64,000 bases of DNA from Spirochaetota bacterium. GTDB taxonomy: Bacteria > Spirochaetota > UBA4802 > UBA5550. Position 1 is the first letter of the stretch; each line of letters opens with the position of its first letter. The stretch lies in the NCBI GenBank assembly GCA_035403465.1, contig DAONFG010000013.1, positions 1,830-65,829 of the forward strand, read 5' to 3'. This document shows positions 29,949-39,063 of this stretch, piece by piece. The notes below the pieces were generated by a model. That model ran no database searches. It worked only from the letters and a program-made list of their open reading frames with translations, and was not told the DNA's origin. The translations under genes and the position numbers were made by a program.

Positions 29949-30311
29949 TTAAATAAATTTCTCAACTGAAACACCAAATACCGCTGCAAGTGTTTTTGCC
30001 ACGTCGATATTTATCTTTCTGCTGCCATTTTCCATATTGGAAATATGCTGTCGCGGAATACCTCCGAGTTTTTCTCCTAACTGCGCCTGTGTCATCCCCC
30101 TTGATAACCTGCATGCTTTCATTGCACGTGCCGGGGTCATATTTTTTATGGTTGTTTTATACCATTCAGTTTCATCAGCAATGACATACTCATCATCAGT
30201 CTCTATTTTCACTTTATTACCATATTCTTTTTTTACGGCATTAATTATAGATTCTGGAATATCACCTGTAATATCAATTTTAATATGGGGCGTTTTCACG
30301 TGAACCTGCAT
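29949..30311 (-). CDS. XRE-family HTH antitoxin (HigA-like position)
   Basis: The C-terminal HTH is RLSRGMTQAQLGEKLGGIPRQHISNMENGSRKINIDVAKTLAAVFGVS. It overlaps the upstream toxin gene by 32 nt. Confidence 0.7.
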   Translation of the reverse strand: MQVHVKTPHIKIDITGDIPESIINAVKKEYGNKVKIETDDEYVIADETEWYKTTIKNMTPARAMKACRLSRGMTQAQLGEKLGGIPRQHISNMENGSRKINIDVAKTLAAVFGVSVEKFI

Positions 30312-30543
30312 AATAGACCTCGATTAATATTGTACCCTTTTCATGTTTCCAACATGCTACCCATTTATACGAAAGATGGCAATGATACTTACCCTGACCA
30401 AGGCTGCTGAAATGCGACCAGTCCTTCAAAACCGGTCCTTTATTTTTTAAGTCATCAATCAATAATGCCATCATGTCTTTTGATACAGATGGCATTGTCT
30501 CAATGTTTTTCTGTGACCGTTTATTTATCAGAACAGTAAACAT
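30280..30543 (-). CDS. RelE/ParE-superfamily toxin (HigB-like, toxin-first arrangement)
   Basis: 87 aa. The C-terminal pattern GKYHCHLSYKWVACWKHEKGTILIEVYYAGSRENAPY is typical of RelE/StbE-type mRNA interferases. Confidence 0.65.
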   Translation of the reverse strand: MFTVLINKRSQKNIETMPSVSKDMMALLIDDLKNKGPVLKDWSHFSSLGQGKYHCHLSYKWVACWKHEKGTILIEVYYAGSRENAPY

Positions 30544-30550
30544 TATTAAG

Positions 30551-30580
30551 AATGTAACCCTAAACGGTTACATTGTCAAA
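30551..30580 (-). promoter_or_regulatory. putative TA promoter/operator
   Basis: A perfect 9-bp inverted repeat, AATGTAACC-N6-GGTTACATT, spans 30551-30574. On the minus strand it reads TTGACA-N17-TACATT, with the ATG 7 nt after the -10 box, so the mRNA may be leaderless. Confidence 0.5.
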
Positions 30581-30599
30581 TATTTTTTTATCCACAGCA

Positions 30600-31415
30600 C
30601 TACCTCAGCTTATCCCGGAACTCCTCAAGTTTAACGAACCTGTAACCTTCACTTTTAAGTCTCGGGATAACCTTTTTCAGTGCCGGGTAAAGATTACTCT
30701 TCGGCTGGTTCATGTGACCTATTATTATAACACCGTTCTTCGCGCCCTTTATTATTCTGCGTTCTATCCTCTCCGCAGAGAAACCAGCGGCATCACCCGA
30801 GATTATTGTAAAATTAACCGGGATATGACCTGCATCGCTGCATACCTTAACCGCAACGTCATCGTAGTAAGCGGTGCCCGACCTGTAATACTTAGTTACC
30901 CGCCCCGTGAGATCGAATATTTTTTTTGCATTGAGCGCTACTTCATCATAGGCATCGGCAGGGGTCTTTGTGCCGCGCCTGCCGTAGATCTTTGCCCCGT
31001 TCACCGACGCGGGCTTGTGACGGAGACCGTGGTTTTCAATTTCAAAAAGCGGGTCAGCTGCAAGTTCTTTTGCAAGTCCCGGGTTATCATCGATCCATAG
31101 TCCGCACAGGAAGAGCGTTGCCGGTATATTATTGCTTCGAAGAAATTCAACCAGTTCCCTGTCGTACCCGTTACCCTTTCTGCCGCCGCACGCATCGAGA
31201 GTAATCGCAATAACCTTCTCAGTTGTATCGATGCGCCGCACCACACCAGCTGTCCACATTGAGAAGACCCCCGGTTTGATCCCCTCGTATTTTGCCGCGG
31301 CAGCATCCCTTTTCCTGGCGTATGCCGCGTCAGGATGCGCCCTGTCCGCAACCGCATTAACAGACAACATTCCCGACACAATTGCACAGATGATCGTATT
31401 ATTAATAAATTTCAT
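30600..31415 (-). CDS. polysaccharide deacetylase (NodB homology domain), secreted
   Basis: The motifs are IAITLDACGG, IPATLFLCGLW and ENHGLRHKP. The signal peptide starts at ATG 31415 (MKFINNTIICAIVSGMLSVNAVA). The track's 31550 start would overlap dprA. Confidence 0.8.
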   Translation of the reverse strand: MKFINNTIICAIVSGMLSVNAVADRAHPDAAYARKRDAAAAKYEGIKPGVFSMWTAGVVRRIDTTEKVIAITLDACGGRKGNGYDRELVEFLRSNNIPATLFLCGLWIDDNPGLAKELAADPLFEIENHGLRHKPASVNGAKIYGRRGTKTPADAYDEVALNAKKIFDLTGRVTKYYRSGTAYYDDVAVKVCSDAGHIPVNFTIISGDAAGFSAERIERRIIKGAKNGVIIIGHMNQPKSNLYPALKKVIPRLKSEGYRFVKLEEFRDKLR

Positions 31416-31497
31416 CAGACGGCTCCTTTCAGGCTTTTCATGATTCAGCCTGATACTGTGCAAGTCTACAAAAATCCTGACCTTAACGGTAAATTTG

Positions 31498-32604
31498 TTA
31501 TACAGCACGAATCCTGTTACCCCTGCGTAAAATGTTACCGGCGATTTCAAGAGAAGTAACAGCCCTGCTTATTTCACCGGCAGGTACTGAATTGATCCTT
31601 GCTATCTCATCAATGTCAGCCCATGCGTTCAATGCAGCCTGCATCACGATCTTCTCGGTCCCATTGAATGTTACCCCGGATTCCATACTAACCTTCAGCT
31701 GAACATTTTCGCCCCTGTCATTCTGCTCATTTTCTCCCGCGGAATAGAGCGGATCGATATCGCATAGAAACTCTTCAAGTCCTGAAATAATCTGCGCACC
31801 CTGCTTTATCAGGCTGTGACATCCGCTATAGGTTTCATCAAATGCATTACCGGGACAGACATAGAGGTCACGGTTCTGTTCAAGCGCGTACTTTGCAGTG
31901 ATCATTGCCCCGCTTTTTAATGGAGCCTGCGTGATTATAAGTGCTTCAGAAATTCCGCTTATGATCCTGTTTCTCCTGACAAAAACCCATGGTTCGCCCG
32001 ATCTTACGCCCGGGGGAAGTTCGCTTATTACTGCTGATCCCGGTGTATCAAGTATCCGTTCATAAACATCCCTGTTTGCCCTTGGCGTGATAACATCGAT
32101 ACCCTGGGGCAGCACTGCTAATGTACTGCCGCCTGCAGCGAGCGCTCCAAGATGAGCGTTGCGGTCAACACCAAGAGCAAGTCCGCTTGTCACGGTGATT
32201 TTCCGGGATACCAGGGAAGAGGCAATCCTCCGTGTAATCTCCTCGGATACGGAGTTTGACCCCCTTGTGCCCACTATCGATATATGCCTTCCCCGGGTAA
32301 GTTCTCCCCTGCAGTAGAGGACTAAAGGCGGCATATGAATCTCACGCAGCAATATCGGGTACGAATCGTCCCAGGCCGTCACTATGTGTACACCGGATGA
32401 TTCACAGACGCGTATGATTGCCCCTGCAGCAGATACGGGGTCTCCACCATAGAGTTTAACAAGGTGTTCCTGGACTTTATGCTCACCGTGACTTATTGCA
32501 TCCATAAGCTCACCTATAAAAACTCCGCTGTTGTACACAATCCCGGCAGCACCAGGGGACGATATTACCGAGAGCATCACAGAATTGAATATCTCTTCAT
32601 TCAT
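31498..32604 (-). CDS. dprA: DNA-processing protein DprA/Smf (full length)
   Basis: The Rossmann-like core is ISIVGTRGSN...VTSGLALGVDRNAHLGALAAGGSTLAVLPQGIDVITPRANRDVYE. A C-terminal winged-helix-like tail is present. Confidence 0.9.
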   Translation of the reverse strand: MNEEIFNSVMLSVISSPGAAGIVYNSGVFIGELMDAISHGEHKVQEHLVKLYGGDPVSAAGAIIRVCESSGVHIVTAWDDSYPILLREIHMPPLVLYCRGELTRGRHISIVGTRGSNSVSEEITRRIASSLVSRKITVTSGLALGVDRNAHLGALAAGGSTLAVLPQGIDVITPRANRDVYERILDTPGSAVISELPPGVRSGEPWVFVRRNRIISGISEALIITQAPLKSGAMITAKYALEQNRDLYVCPGNAFDETYSGCHSLIKQGAQIISGLEEFLCDIDPLYSAGENEQNDRGENVQLKVSMESGVTFNGTEKIVMQAALNAWADIDEIARINSVPAGEISRAVTSLEIAGNILRRGNRIRAV

Positions 32605-32878
32605 TATTTTTTACCAGTTCAACGTGAGTATATGCGGTTCTTCAAAAACTGCGGTATGAAAAATACCGGCTTAAGCTGCAGCATATCCCGCACAAATGTT
32701 ATACGTTCTGAAACAACAACCGGTAAAAATTTTTTTTATCATGCAGCTTTTTTTTACTGATTTTATCCATGTATCGTGATTTAGTTTATGAATAGCCCTT
32801 TAGCCGGCTTTAATTATCAATTACTGATGACAGAATCCTGATTTTTCAGTATTATGGTTTATTGACGGGTGATTAATA

Positions 32879-33612
32879 ATGGCAGATCAGAAACTAAATG
32901 ATATAATAAAACTCAGTTCAGAGATAAATACAGTCCGGGACCTGGATATACTGCAGGAACGCATACTGTATGAAACAAGAAAAATTGCCGATGCAGATGC
33001 CGGCACCATATACATACGGCACCAGGATAACCTTGTGTTCACACACGCGCAGAACGACACACTGAGCAGCAGGCTACCCGAGGGTAAAAAACTTATTTAT
33101 TCCAGCTTCCAGCTCCCTATAACAGGGAAGTCCATTACGGGGTACGCAGCCATGGCGGGTGAAACCCTTATGGACGATGATGTTTATTCAATACAGGGCA
33201 AGCCCTATTCATTCGAAAGTCATACGACGAGAAGGCCGGGTACAGGACTGAATCGATGATGAGCATACCGCACAAGAACGAAAGGAACGACATACCGGGC
33301 GTCATGCAGATAATAAACACACGCGACTGCAGCGGTCAGATAATCTCTTTTAATGACAATGACATGCTCTATGTGAATCACTTTGCGGGAATGACAGGCA
33401 TGATCATACAGAAGGCGCAGATGCGCGATCCCAAGGAGACGGGCGCACACGTTAACCGCGTAGCATCATATTCAGTAGAGATTTATGAGCTTTGGGCAAA
33501 ACATAAAGGTCTGCCGGACAGGGAGATAAGGGACCTGTCCGGAAAAAAATTCGACCCTGACCTTGTAGATGTCTTTTTTGAATGCCTGGACTTGATAAAA
33601 TTCATACGATAA
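32879..33612 (+). pseudogene. decayed GAF + HD-GYP signalling gene (frameshift and internal deletion)
   Basis: The GAF domain is split between two frames at the A-run near 33215-33219 (..GKPYSFE / KSYDEKAGYRTESMMSIP..VMQIINTRD). The HD-GYP start (RDPKETGAHVNRVASYS) joins directly to the family's C-terminal GKKFDPDLVDVF, with no HD or GYP motifs in between. Confidence 0.6.
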
Positions 33613-33632
33613 AAATACCCGGAGACAGAAGA

Positions 33633-35504
33633 ATGATCGCTGACAAATATGAACTTGAAAAATACCTGGGCGAAAATCCCTGGCCCCTTGCATTTTCCCA
33701 GGAGAGACAGGTAGAATATATCTATAAATTCCACACAGAACTGTCACGTGAGGAGATATGGAAATTCCTTTCGGACACGTCGGAATTAAACCGTAGCCTG
33801 GGACTTAAAAAAATATCTTTTACAGAAAGGGATGGAAAACTGTACGGCACAGGCAGCCCGGGGTGGTACAGGGCCGAGTGGGAGGAGGTCCCCTGGCAGT
33901 GGGAGTACCCATCAGACATAAAAATGTCAAGGATCTACAGCAGGGGAATTGCGTCATATGTAAGGATACACTACTTTATACGGAAACCTGCCGGGTCAGG
34001 AAATGATATCTGCATGTACTTCGGATGGGTTCCTTCGGGATTTACAGGAAGGATCCTGCTGAAACTTTCGATAAGGCGTTTTGAAAAAAAGTTCAGGTCA
34101 GTGATCGAAAACCTGAAACCCGAAATTGAAGAAAAGCCCTTCTTCTACCTGAACCCGCAGATTGCTGAACCTAAAGCCGGCATGAACAAAAAGGACTCAC
34201 CGGTTGACGAAGGAAAACTTGACCGTTTAAAACAGGATATAATAAATTCCGGTTCCCCTGCACCGGCTACAGAGGCCCTGGTTAATTTTATCAGGAACGC
34301 GCCCGATGACCAGCTCTACAGGATCAGGCCCTTTGAACTTGCAGGAAAGTTTAACACAGGGAGGGATGATCTGCTTAAGACCATGCTGCACGCATGCCTG
34401 GGCGGACTGCTCAACATGTCGTGGGATGTAATATGCCCGCATTGCCGCGGTGTACGAGAAAGGCACGCCCTGCTGCGGGAAATCGGCAAAACCGCGTCAT
34501 GTGAAATCTGCGATATAGTATTCTCTCCCGGCTCCCTCAACATGATCGAGATAATATTCACCATTAATCCCGAAATCAGGAAAGTTGAAAGAGTATTATA
34601 CTGCAGTGCTGAACCTGCAAAGAAGCCCCATATAGTTCTACAGAAGCACCTTCAACCGGGCGGCAACTACCTCTTTATACTTCCGCAGTACGAAAAGCGC
34701 CTCAGGTTCCGCGTACATGGAAAAAAATACTACGGCCTGCTGGACCTGAAAAAGAATGCTCCGCTCCGAAACCTCTACTGGGACGACATAAGCAGCAGCA
34801 CAATAATAGAAACAGCACCGGGATCAACGGTTTTCCTTAGCAATACTGAAAAATCTCCCGCCGGTTATGTCATTGAACACAGCGAAGATGACGCGAATGC
34901 CCTCCGGCCGTCGGATTTATTCAGTTACCAGGAGTTCCGGGACCTCTACTCTTCAGAGGCTGTGGCCGCTGACCTGGCGATAGACATAGGTGTCCAGAAC
35001 ATCATGCTTGTTGACGTGGCAGGTTCAACAGGTTTCTACGGTGACACGGGAGACAGCCGCGCCTTCCTTACAATGAAGCAATATTTTTTACAGGTCCACG
35101 ACATCGCAATGGAATACCGCGGCGCAATAGTGAAGACACTTGGTGACGGTGTGATGCTTGTATTTGACAAACCAATGAACGCTGTCAGGGCAGGTATCAG
35201 GATACTGAAAAATTTCAGCGGCGACGGTGACTTCCCGTTCACTGTAAGGGTATCCATTCACAGGGGTCAATGTCTTGCTGTAAACCTTGACAGTGCCATT
35301 GACTGCTTCGGCCAGGCAGTGAACGTTGCTGCAAAGCTGCAGAACTTTACAGGTTCAGGCGAAATGACCCTGTCGGAATCCTTTGCATCTGAACATACGG
35401 TTGACAGGTACCTGAACGAAAAAGGATACACGAAAAATTTTACGGAAGCACGGATCACTGGAGCCGGGAGTATAGGGTACCTGAAGATTAAGGTGAAGAG
35501 GTGA
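33633..35504 (+). CDS. class III adenylate/guanylate cyclase with large N-terminal sensor region
   Basis: The C-terminal CHD motifs are IMLVDVAGSTGFY, KTLGDGVMLVF, RVSIHRGQC and FGQAVNVAAKLQ. A central CxxC...CxxC motif is present (CPHCRG...CEIC). GGAGA RBS precedes ATG 33633. Confidence 0.8.
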   Translation: MIADKYELEKYLGENPWPLAFSQERQVEYIYKFHTELSREEIWKFLSDTSELNRSLGLKKISFTERDGKLYGTGSPGWYRAEWEEVPWQWEYPSDIKMSRIYSRGIASYVRIHYFIRKPAGSGNDICMYFGWVPSGFTGRILLKLSIRRFEKKFRSVIENLKPEIEEKPFFYLNPQIAEPKAGMNKKDSPVDEGKLDRLKQDIINSGSPAPATEALVNFIRNAPDDQLYRIRPFELAGKFNTGRDDLLKTMLHACLGGLLNMSWDVICPHCRGVRERHALLREIGKTASCEICDIVFSPGSLNMIEIIFTINPEIRKVERVLYCSAEPAKKPHIVLQKHLQPGGNYLFILPQYEKRLRFRVHGKKYYGLLDLKKNAPLRNLYWDDISSSTIIETAPGSTVFLSNTEKSPAGYVIEHSEDDANALRPSDLFSYQEFRDLYSSEAVAADLAIDIGVQNIMLVDVAGSTGFYGDTGDSRAFLTMKQYFLQVHDIAMEYRGAIVKTLGDGVMLVFDKPMNAVRAGIRILKNFSGDGDFPFTVRVSIHRGQCLAVNLDSAIDCFGQAVNVAAKLQNFTGSGEMTLSESFASEHTVDRYLNEKGYTKNFTEARITGAGSIGYLKIKVKR

Positions 35505-35517
35505 ATATATAACGAAG

Positions 35518-35548
35518 CAAAAAAACGCGCCGTTTCCGGCGCGTTTTC
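35518..35548. terminator. bidirectional rho-independent terminator
   Basis: aaaaAACGCGCCGtttcCGGCGCGTTtt has a 9-bp GC-rich stem flanked by an A-run and a T-run. It lies between the convergent cyclase and ACAD genes. Confidence 0.8.
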
Positions 35549-35575
35549 CATGAAGTAGCATACACTTCCGGAAAA

Positions 35576-37291
35576 TCAGGGATTCTGCTTATAAACATCT
35601 ACGAGGCTGTAAACCTCATCATTAAGCACTTTTTCAAACTGCTCCCTGTCAGGAACAGGGCGTTTAATCATTTTCATTATCTTTTCAAGCTGCGCTTCTG
35701 AATTAAGCGGTTTGCCGTAAAGCTCCACTGCAAATGCAGAGAAGTCCCTTACAAAAAGATCGAACATCTGGTTCATAACCGCGTCGCTGATCTTCTCAAT
35801 CTTCGCACTTTCTATGATAAGGTGTCCATAGGCAACCATTGTAAAAAGCTCACCTACTGCAAGGAGGTAATCGAACTCCATCATCTGCTTCATGAGGTCC
35901 TGGCCTGAGACCATGAGGTACTCCTTGTACGCCTGGATCTGCTCCATGAAAACTTTCACATTGGGCAGGTGTGCAAGACTGCTGTACACCGGGTTGAAGT
36001 CATGAAATTTTGTTTTGGCATATGCCTTGGTCGGTCCCTGCCTGAACATGAAGTCGTCGTTCCTGTTGTCAGTGATCCTTCCGATCTCCTCGAACTGGCC
36101 GGGCATGAACATGTAGCTGGGAATAAGTTTAGCGATCAGGGCCATGTTCACATGACGTGTACCTTCCAGCTTAGGGAAACCCCTGAGCTCTGCAACAGCC
36201 TGTTCAAAGTACATGTCCTTTTCAAAGCCCCTTGCAGCAATAATATCAAAAAGGTGCTCATGAACTGTCTCCCCCTGGATAGCGACCTTCATTTTCATAA
36301 TCGGGTTGAAGAGCAGGTAACGCTTGTCGTTCTCATTTGCAATCCTCATGTAGTCTGTAGCACGAAGGCCAAAGAGCTTCATGCCCATTATCCTGAGCCA
36401 TGCATCAGAGAAAAGCCTCTTGACATGCGCGAATTCTGTCACCCTCTGTCCGTAAAGCTCCCTGTGGTACGCGTGGTTCAGGGATTCGTATAGTGAGTGT
36501 GTACAAATTCCTGTCGCTCCTGATCCGATGTTGAACTTGCATATATTGATCGTGTTAAGCATATCGTCCCATGCCTTGGGACCTCGTGAAAGAATATCGG
36601 CTTCGGTAATGGGATAATCATGAAGAGCGAACTCGGCAACATACTGCTGGTTGGCATCAATAACATTCTTAACGCACTCATAATTCGGGTGAGCTGAATC
36701 CACGGCAAAGAATACATACTCGCCGGTATCAGCGATCTTTCCGAAAACAGTTACCGTTGATGCCACGTTACCGTTTCCTATATAATACTTGCTGCCGTTT
36801 GCGACATATGTTCCGTCACCTTTGGGGTAGAGCTTCATCTCGGATGAATATATATCCGCGCCATGCTCTTTCTCAGAAAGACCGAACGCGCAGAATGCGT
36901 TCTTTTTAAGTTTTTCTGCTGCCCTCTGTTTGGCCTCTTCGTTGTCTCCAAGAAGAACAGGGTCAAGTCCAAGGGTCGACACGTGGTATGTATACCAGTA
37001 TGCCGCGCCGTAAAATCCGCATATCTCGGAGAATTCATAGTTTCTATATGTGCTGTAGTACTGGTTGGGGTCAGAGCCGTAACCTTTGGGAAGGAAGATT
37101 GTTTCAAATATCCCCTCTTCGGTTACAAATTTCTGCCAGTCTTCGCACCACTCCCTGTTATGATATGCTTCTTTCTGTTTAGCAAGTCCCTTTTTTTCAA
37201 ACCATTCAATGGTTTTAAGCATGATCTCCTTTGACCGTGCATCGGGATAATTTCTGTCTCTGTAAATTTTGGGATTAAGTAGTATGTTCAT
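35576..37291 (-). CDS. acyl-CoA dehydrogenase-family protein, long (~570 aa) form, paralogue 1
   Basis: The middle-domain motif is FGLSEKEHGADIYSSEMKLYPKGDGTYVANGSKYYIGNGN. The ACAD-like helical N- and C-domains are present. AAGGAG RBS. Confidence 0.75.
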   Translation of the reverse strand: MNILLNPKIYRDRNYPDARSKEIMLKTIEWFEKKGLAKQKEAYHNREWCEDWQKFVTEEGIFETIFLPKGYGSDPNQYYSTYRNYEFSEICGFYGAAYWYTYHVSTLGLDPVLLGDNEEAKQRAAEKLKKNAFCAFGLSEKEHGADIYSSEMKLYPKGDGTYVANGSKYYIGNGNVASTVTVFGKIADTGEYVFFAVDSAHPNYECVKNVIDANQQYVAEFALHDYPITEADILSRGPKAWDDMLNTINICKFNIGSGATGICTHSLYESLNHAYHRELYGQRVTEFAHVKRLFSDAWLRIMGMKLFGLRATDYMRIANENDKRYLLFNPIMKMKVAIQGETVHEHLFDIIAARGFEKDMYFEQAVAELRGFPKLEGTRHVNMALIAKLIPSYMFMPGQFEEIGRITDNRNDDFMFRQGPTKAYAKTKFHDFNPVYSSLAHLPNVKVFMEQIQAYKEYLMVSGQDLMKQMMEFDYLLAVGELFTMVAYGHLIIESAKIEKISDAVMNQMFDLFVRDFSAFAVELYGKPLNSEAQLEKIMKMIKRPVPDREQFEKVLNDEVYSLVDVYKQNP

Positions 37292-37335
37292 TTTATACTC
37301 CTTCGGATAACGTGGATTCCGTGAAACCAGAATCT

Positions 37336-37366
37336 GTTTATTGAATATATGAATTATTCAATAAAC
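37336..37366. promoter_or_regulatory. putative operator palindrome upstream of ACAD paralogue 1
   Basis: A perfect 12-bp inverted repeat, GTTTATTGAATA-N7-TATTCAATAAAC, lies 45-75 nt upstream of the ATG. It overlaps a TTTACA-type -35 box and an AT-rich -10 region on the minus strand. Confidence 0.5.
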
Positions 37367-37734
37367 TTTGTAAACAAAATGGAACGACGTTCTTTTGTGT
37401 CAACAGAATTTACTATTATAAATTTAATTTGGGGAAAAAACAACAGTGTTTATTCCTAAATTGCTGTACAGAAAAAGCCATGGACTTAAACATTGAAAAC
37501 GCTGAACAATTTGAGACTATTCACCATTAAAATAATACAAGTTGAGAAATTTGCTCAGAAAAATTGAGTTCAGATGAGGAACTTGTTCTATAAAAATACC
37601 GCTATTCGCTTGTAATTTGACAAAAATGTAATATTATAAGTAATATATAAGCTCTATTTGAGACAATTTCAGGTAAGGAGATATCCAGGGTTTAACATTT
37701 TGTATGCAGAAATACTCCCGGTGCAGTAATAACT

Positions 37735-39054
37735 ATGACTAAAAAGGCAGCAATTAATAAATTTTTCAATTCAATGGGATTCAAAATTCTCGCCGCTTAT
37801 GTGCTGCTTTCACTTATTAATCTATCTTTTATTGTTTCTATAATTTTTGAAAACCAGGCTGATCTGATAAGCCGGAATACCAAGCTTGAATCCGAAAAGC
37901 AGCTGGCAGAATTAATCGGTTCAATAAAGAAGTTTTCCATTGAAACAAAAAAGGGATCGTTATTCACCCGGGGTAAGACCGGTGAATTTCTGAAACAGAC
38001 ACTGGATTTATTAAGCATCCACTCCAGCAATTATTTTGTATTCAGTGAAAAAGGTTCAATCCTGATAAGGTCATCTGACAGGATTGAACCCCCTGACACA
38101 TATCTTAAAGACGGCCTTCGCTCGTTAACGGCAATGACCTTCTCCGGGAAAGAATACTATCTGCGGATAGATGAGCAGAAAAGACTCATGTACTGCTACA
38201 TTCCGCTGAGCGGGTTCCAGCTCGGGGATTCGATCCTTCTCCTTGAGAAAGAGATAAATGGTATGAATGAATCCCTGAAGCATCTTTATTCCCAGGTACT
38301 TTACGTAATTCTCATAGTCATTTTCTTTCATACAGTTTTCGCGTTACTCCTCTTCCGTTATATCATTAAACCTGTTTACCTTTTAATAAACGGCGCAGAA
38401 AGTTTATCGGAAGGAAAGCTGCACACGCGCATTCACCTACCCGGCAGGAATGATGAATTTGCCTCGCTTGCCCATACATTCAACCGCATGGCTGAATCGA
38501 TGCACAGCAATGTTCAAAATCTTTCAGGCGAAATCACCAGTGCCAGGGAGATCATTAAAAAATCTGAAAAAAAGACAACGCGTGATGATCTTACCGGACT
38601 TTTTAACCGCCAGTACCTCATGGAGCGTCTTGACGAAGAGACTAAAAGAACAAAAGTAAACAATTCCGCCACGGCCCTGATGCTCATAGAGCTTGATAAT
38701 TTCAAGGAGATAACCAGTATATACGGCCACCAGACTGAAAATATTATAATCGCTGAAAGTGCAAAAAAAATAAACCGCTCGTTAGCAGCCGGCGAAATCG
38801 CCTCACGTTACGACGACGAGATGTTCGCCGTATTAGCGCCGGGCATAACAGCTCCGCTGATGCTGGAGACAGCGGAAATTATCAGGCGCACGATTTCTGA
38901 ATCCAACATTATTACGGCTGACGGAGAATTCAGGGTTACAGTAAGTATCGGGGCAGCCGATACCTCAGGCAGCCGGGATTTAAGGGAGCTTGCAGAGGAA
39001 GCAATTAAAAAGGCACGGGAAAACGGAAGAAACAGAGTGGAGATTATTTCGTAG
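37735..39054 (+). CDS. membrane sensor with HAMP and degenerate GGDEF domain (DDEMF in place of GGDEF)
   Basis: It has two TM segments flanking a periplasmic region, and a HAMP domain (EGKLHTRIHLPGRNDEFASLAHTFNRMAESM). The GGDEF fold is shown by RDDLTGLFNRQYL and LDNFKEITSIYGH, but the active site reads SRYDDEMFAVL. Confidence 0.8.
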   Translation: MTKKAAINKFFNSMGFKILAAYVLLSLINLSFIVSIIFENQADLISRNTKLESEKQLAELIGSIKKFSIETKKGSLFTRGKTGEFLKQTLDLLSIHSSNYFVFSEKGSILIRSSDRIEPPDTYLKDGLRSLTAMTFSGKEYYLRIDEQKRLMYCYIPLSGFQLGDSILLLEKEINGMNESLKHLYSQVLYVILIVIFFHTVFALLLFRYIIKPVYLLINGAESLSEGKLHTRIHLPGRNDEFASLAHTFNRMAESMHSNVQNLSGEITSAREIIKKSEKKTTRDDLTGLFNRQYLMERLDEETKRTKVNNSATALMLIELDNFKEITSIYGHQTENIIIAESAKKINRSLAAGEIASRYDDEMFAVLAPGITAPLMLETAEIIRRTISESNIITADGEFRVTVSIGAADTSGSRDLRELAEEAIKKARENGRNRVEIIS

Positions 39055-39063
39055 AGCACTGAC

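Noticed and set aside
35969-36493. A 174-aa + ORF antisense to ACAD paralogue 1. A matching 230-aa ORF at 46090..46782 lies antisense to paralogue 2.
   Set aside because: The recurrence only reflects conservation of the sense-strand genes. The sequences are Cys/His/Val-rich with no start context, so I treated them as shadow ORFs.
37292-37734. The 443-bp non-coding region upstream of the degenerate-GGDEF operon, considered as a possible c-di-GMP (GEMM) riboswitch or small-ORF locus.
   Set aside because: I could not find the conserved GEMM-type motifs. The only small ORFs (12-26 codons) lack RBSs. The region is better explained as two divergent promoters plus the ACAD operator. cmscan against Rfam would settle it.
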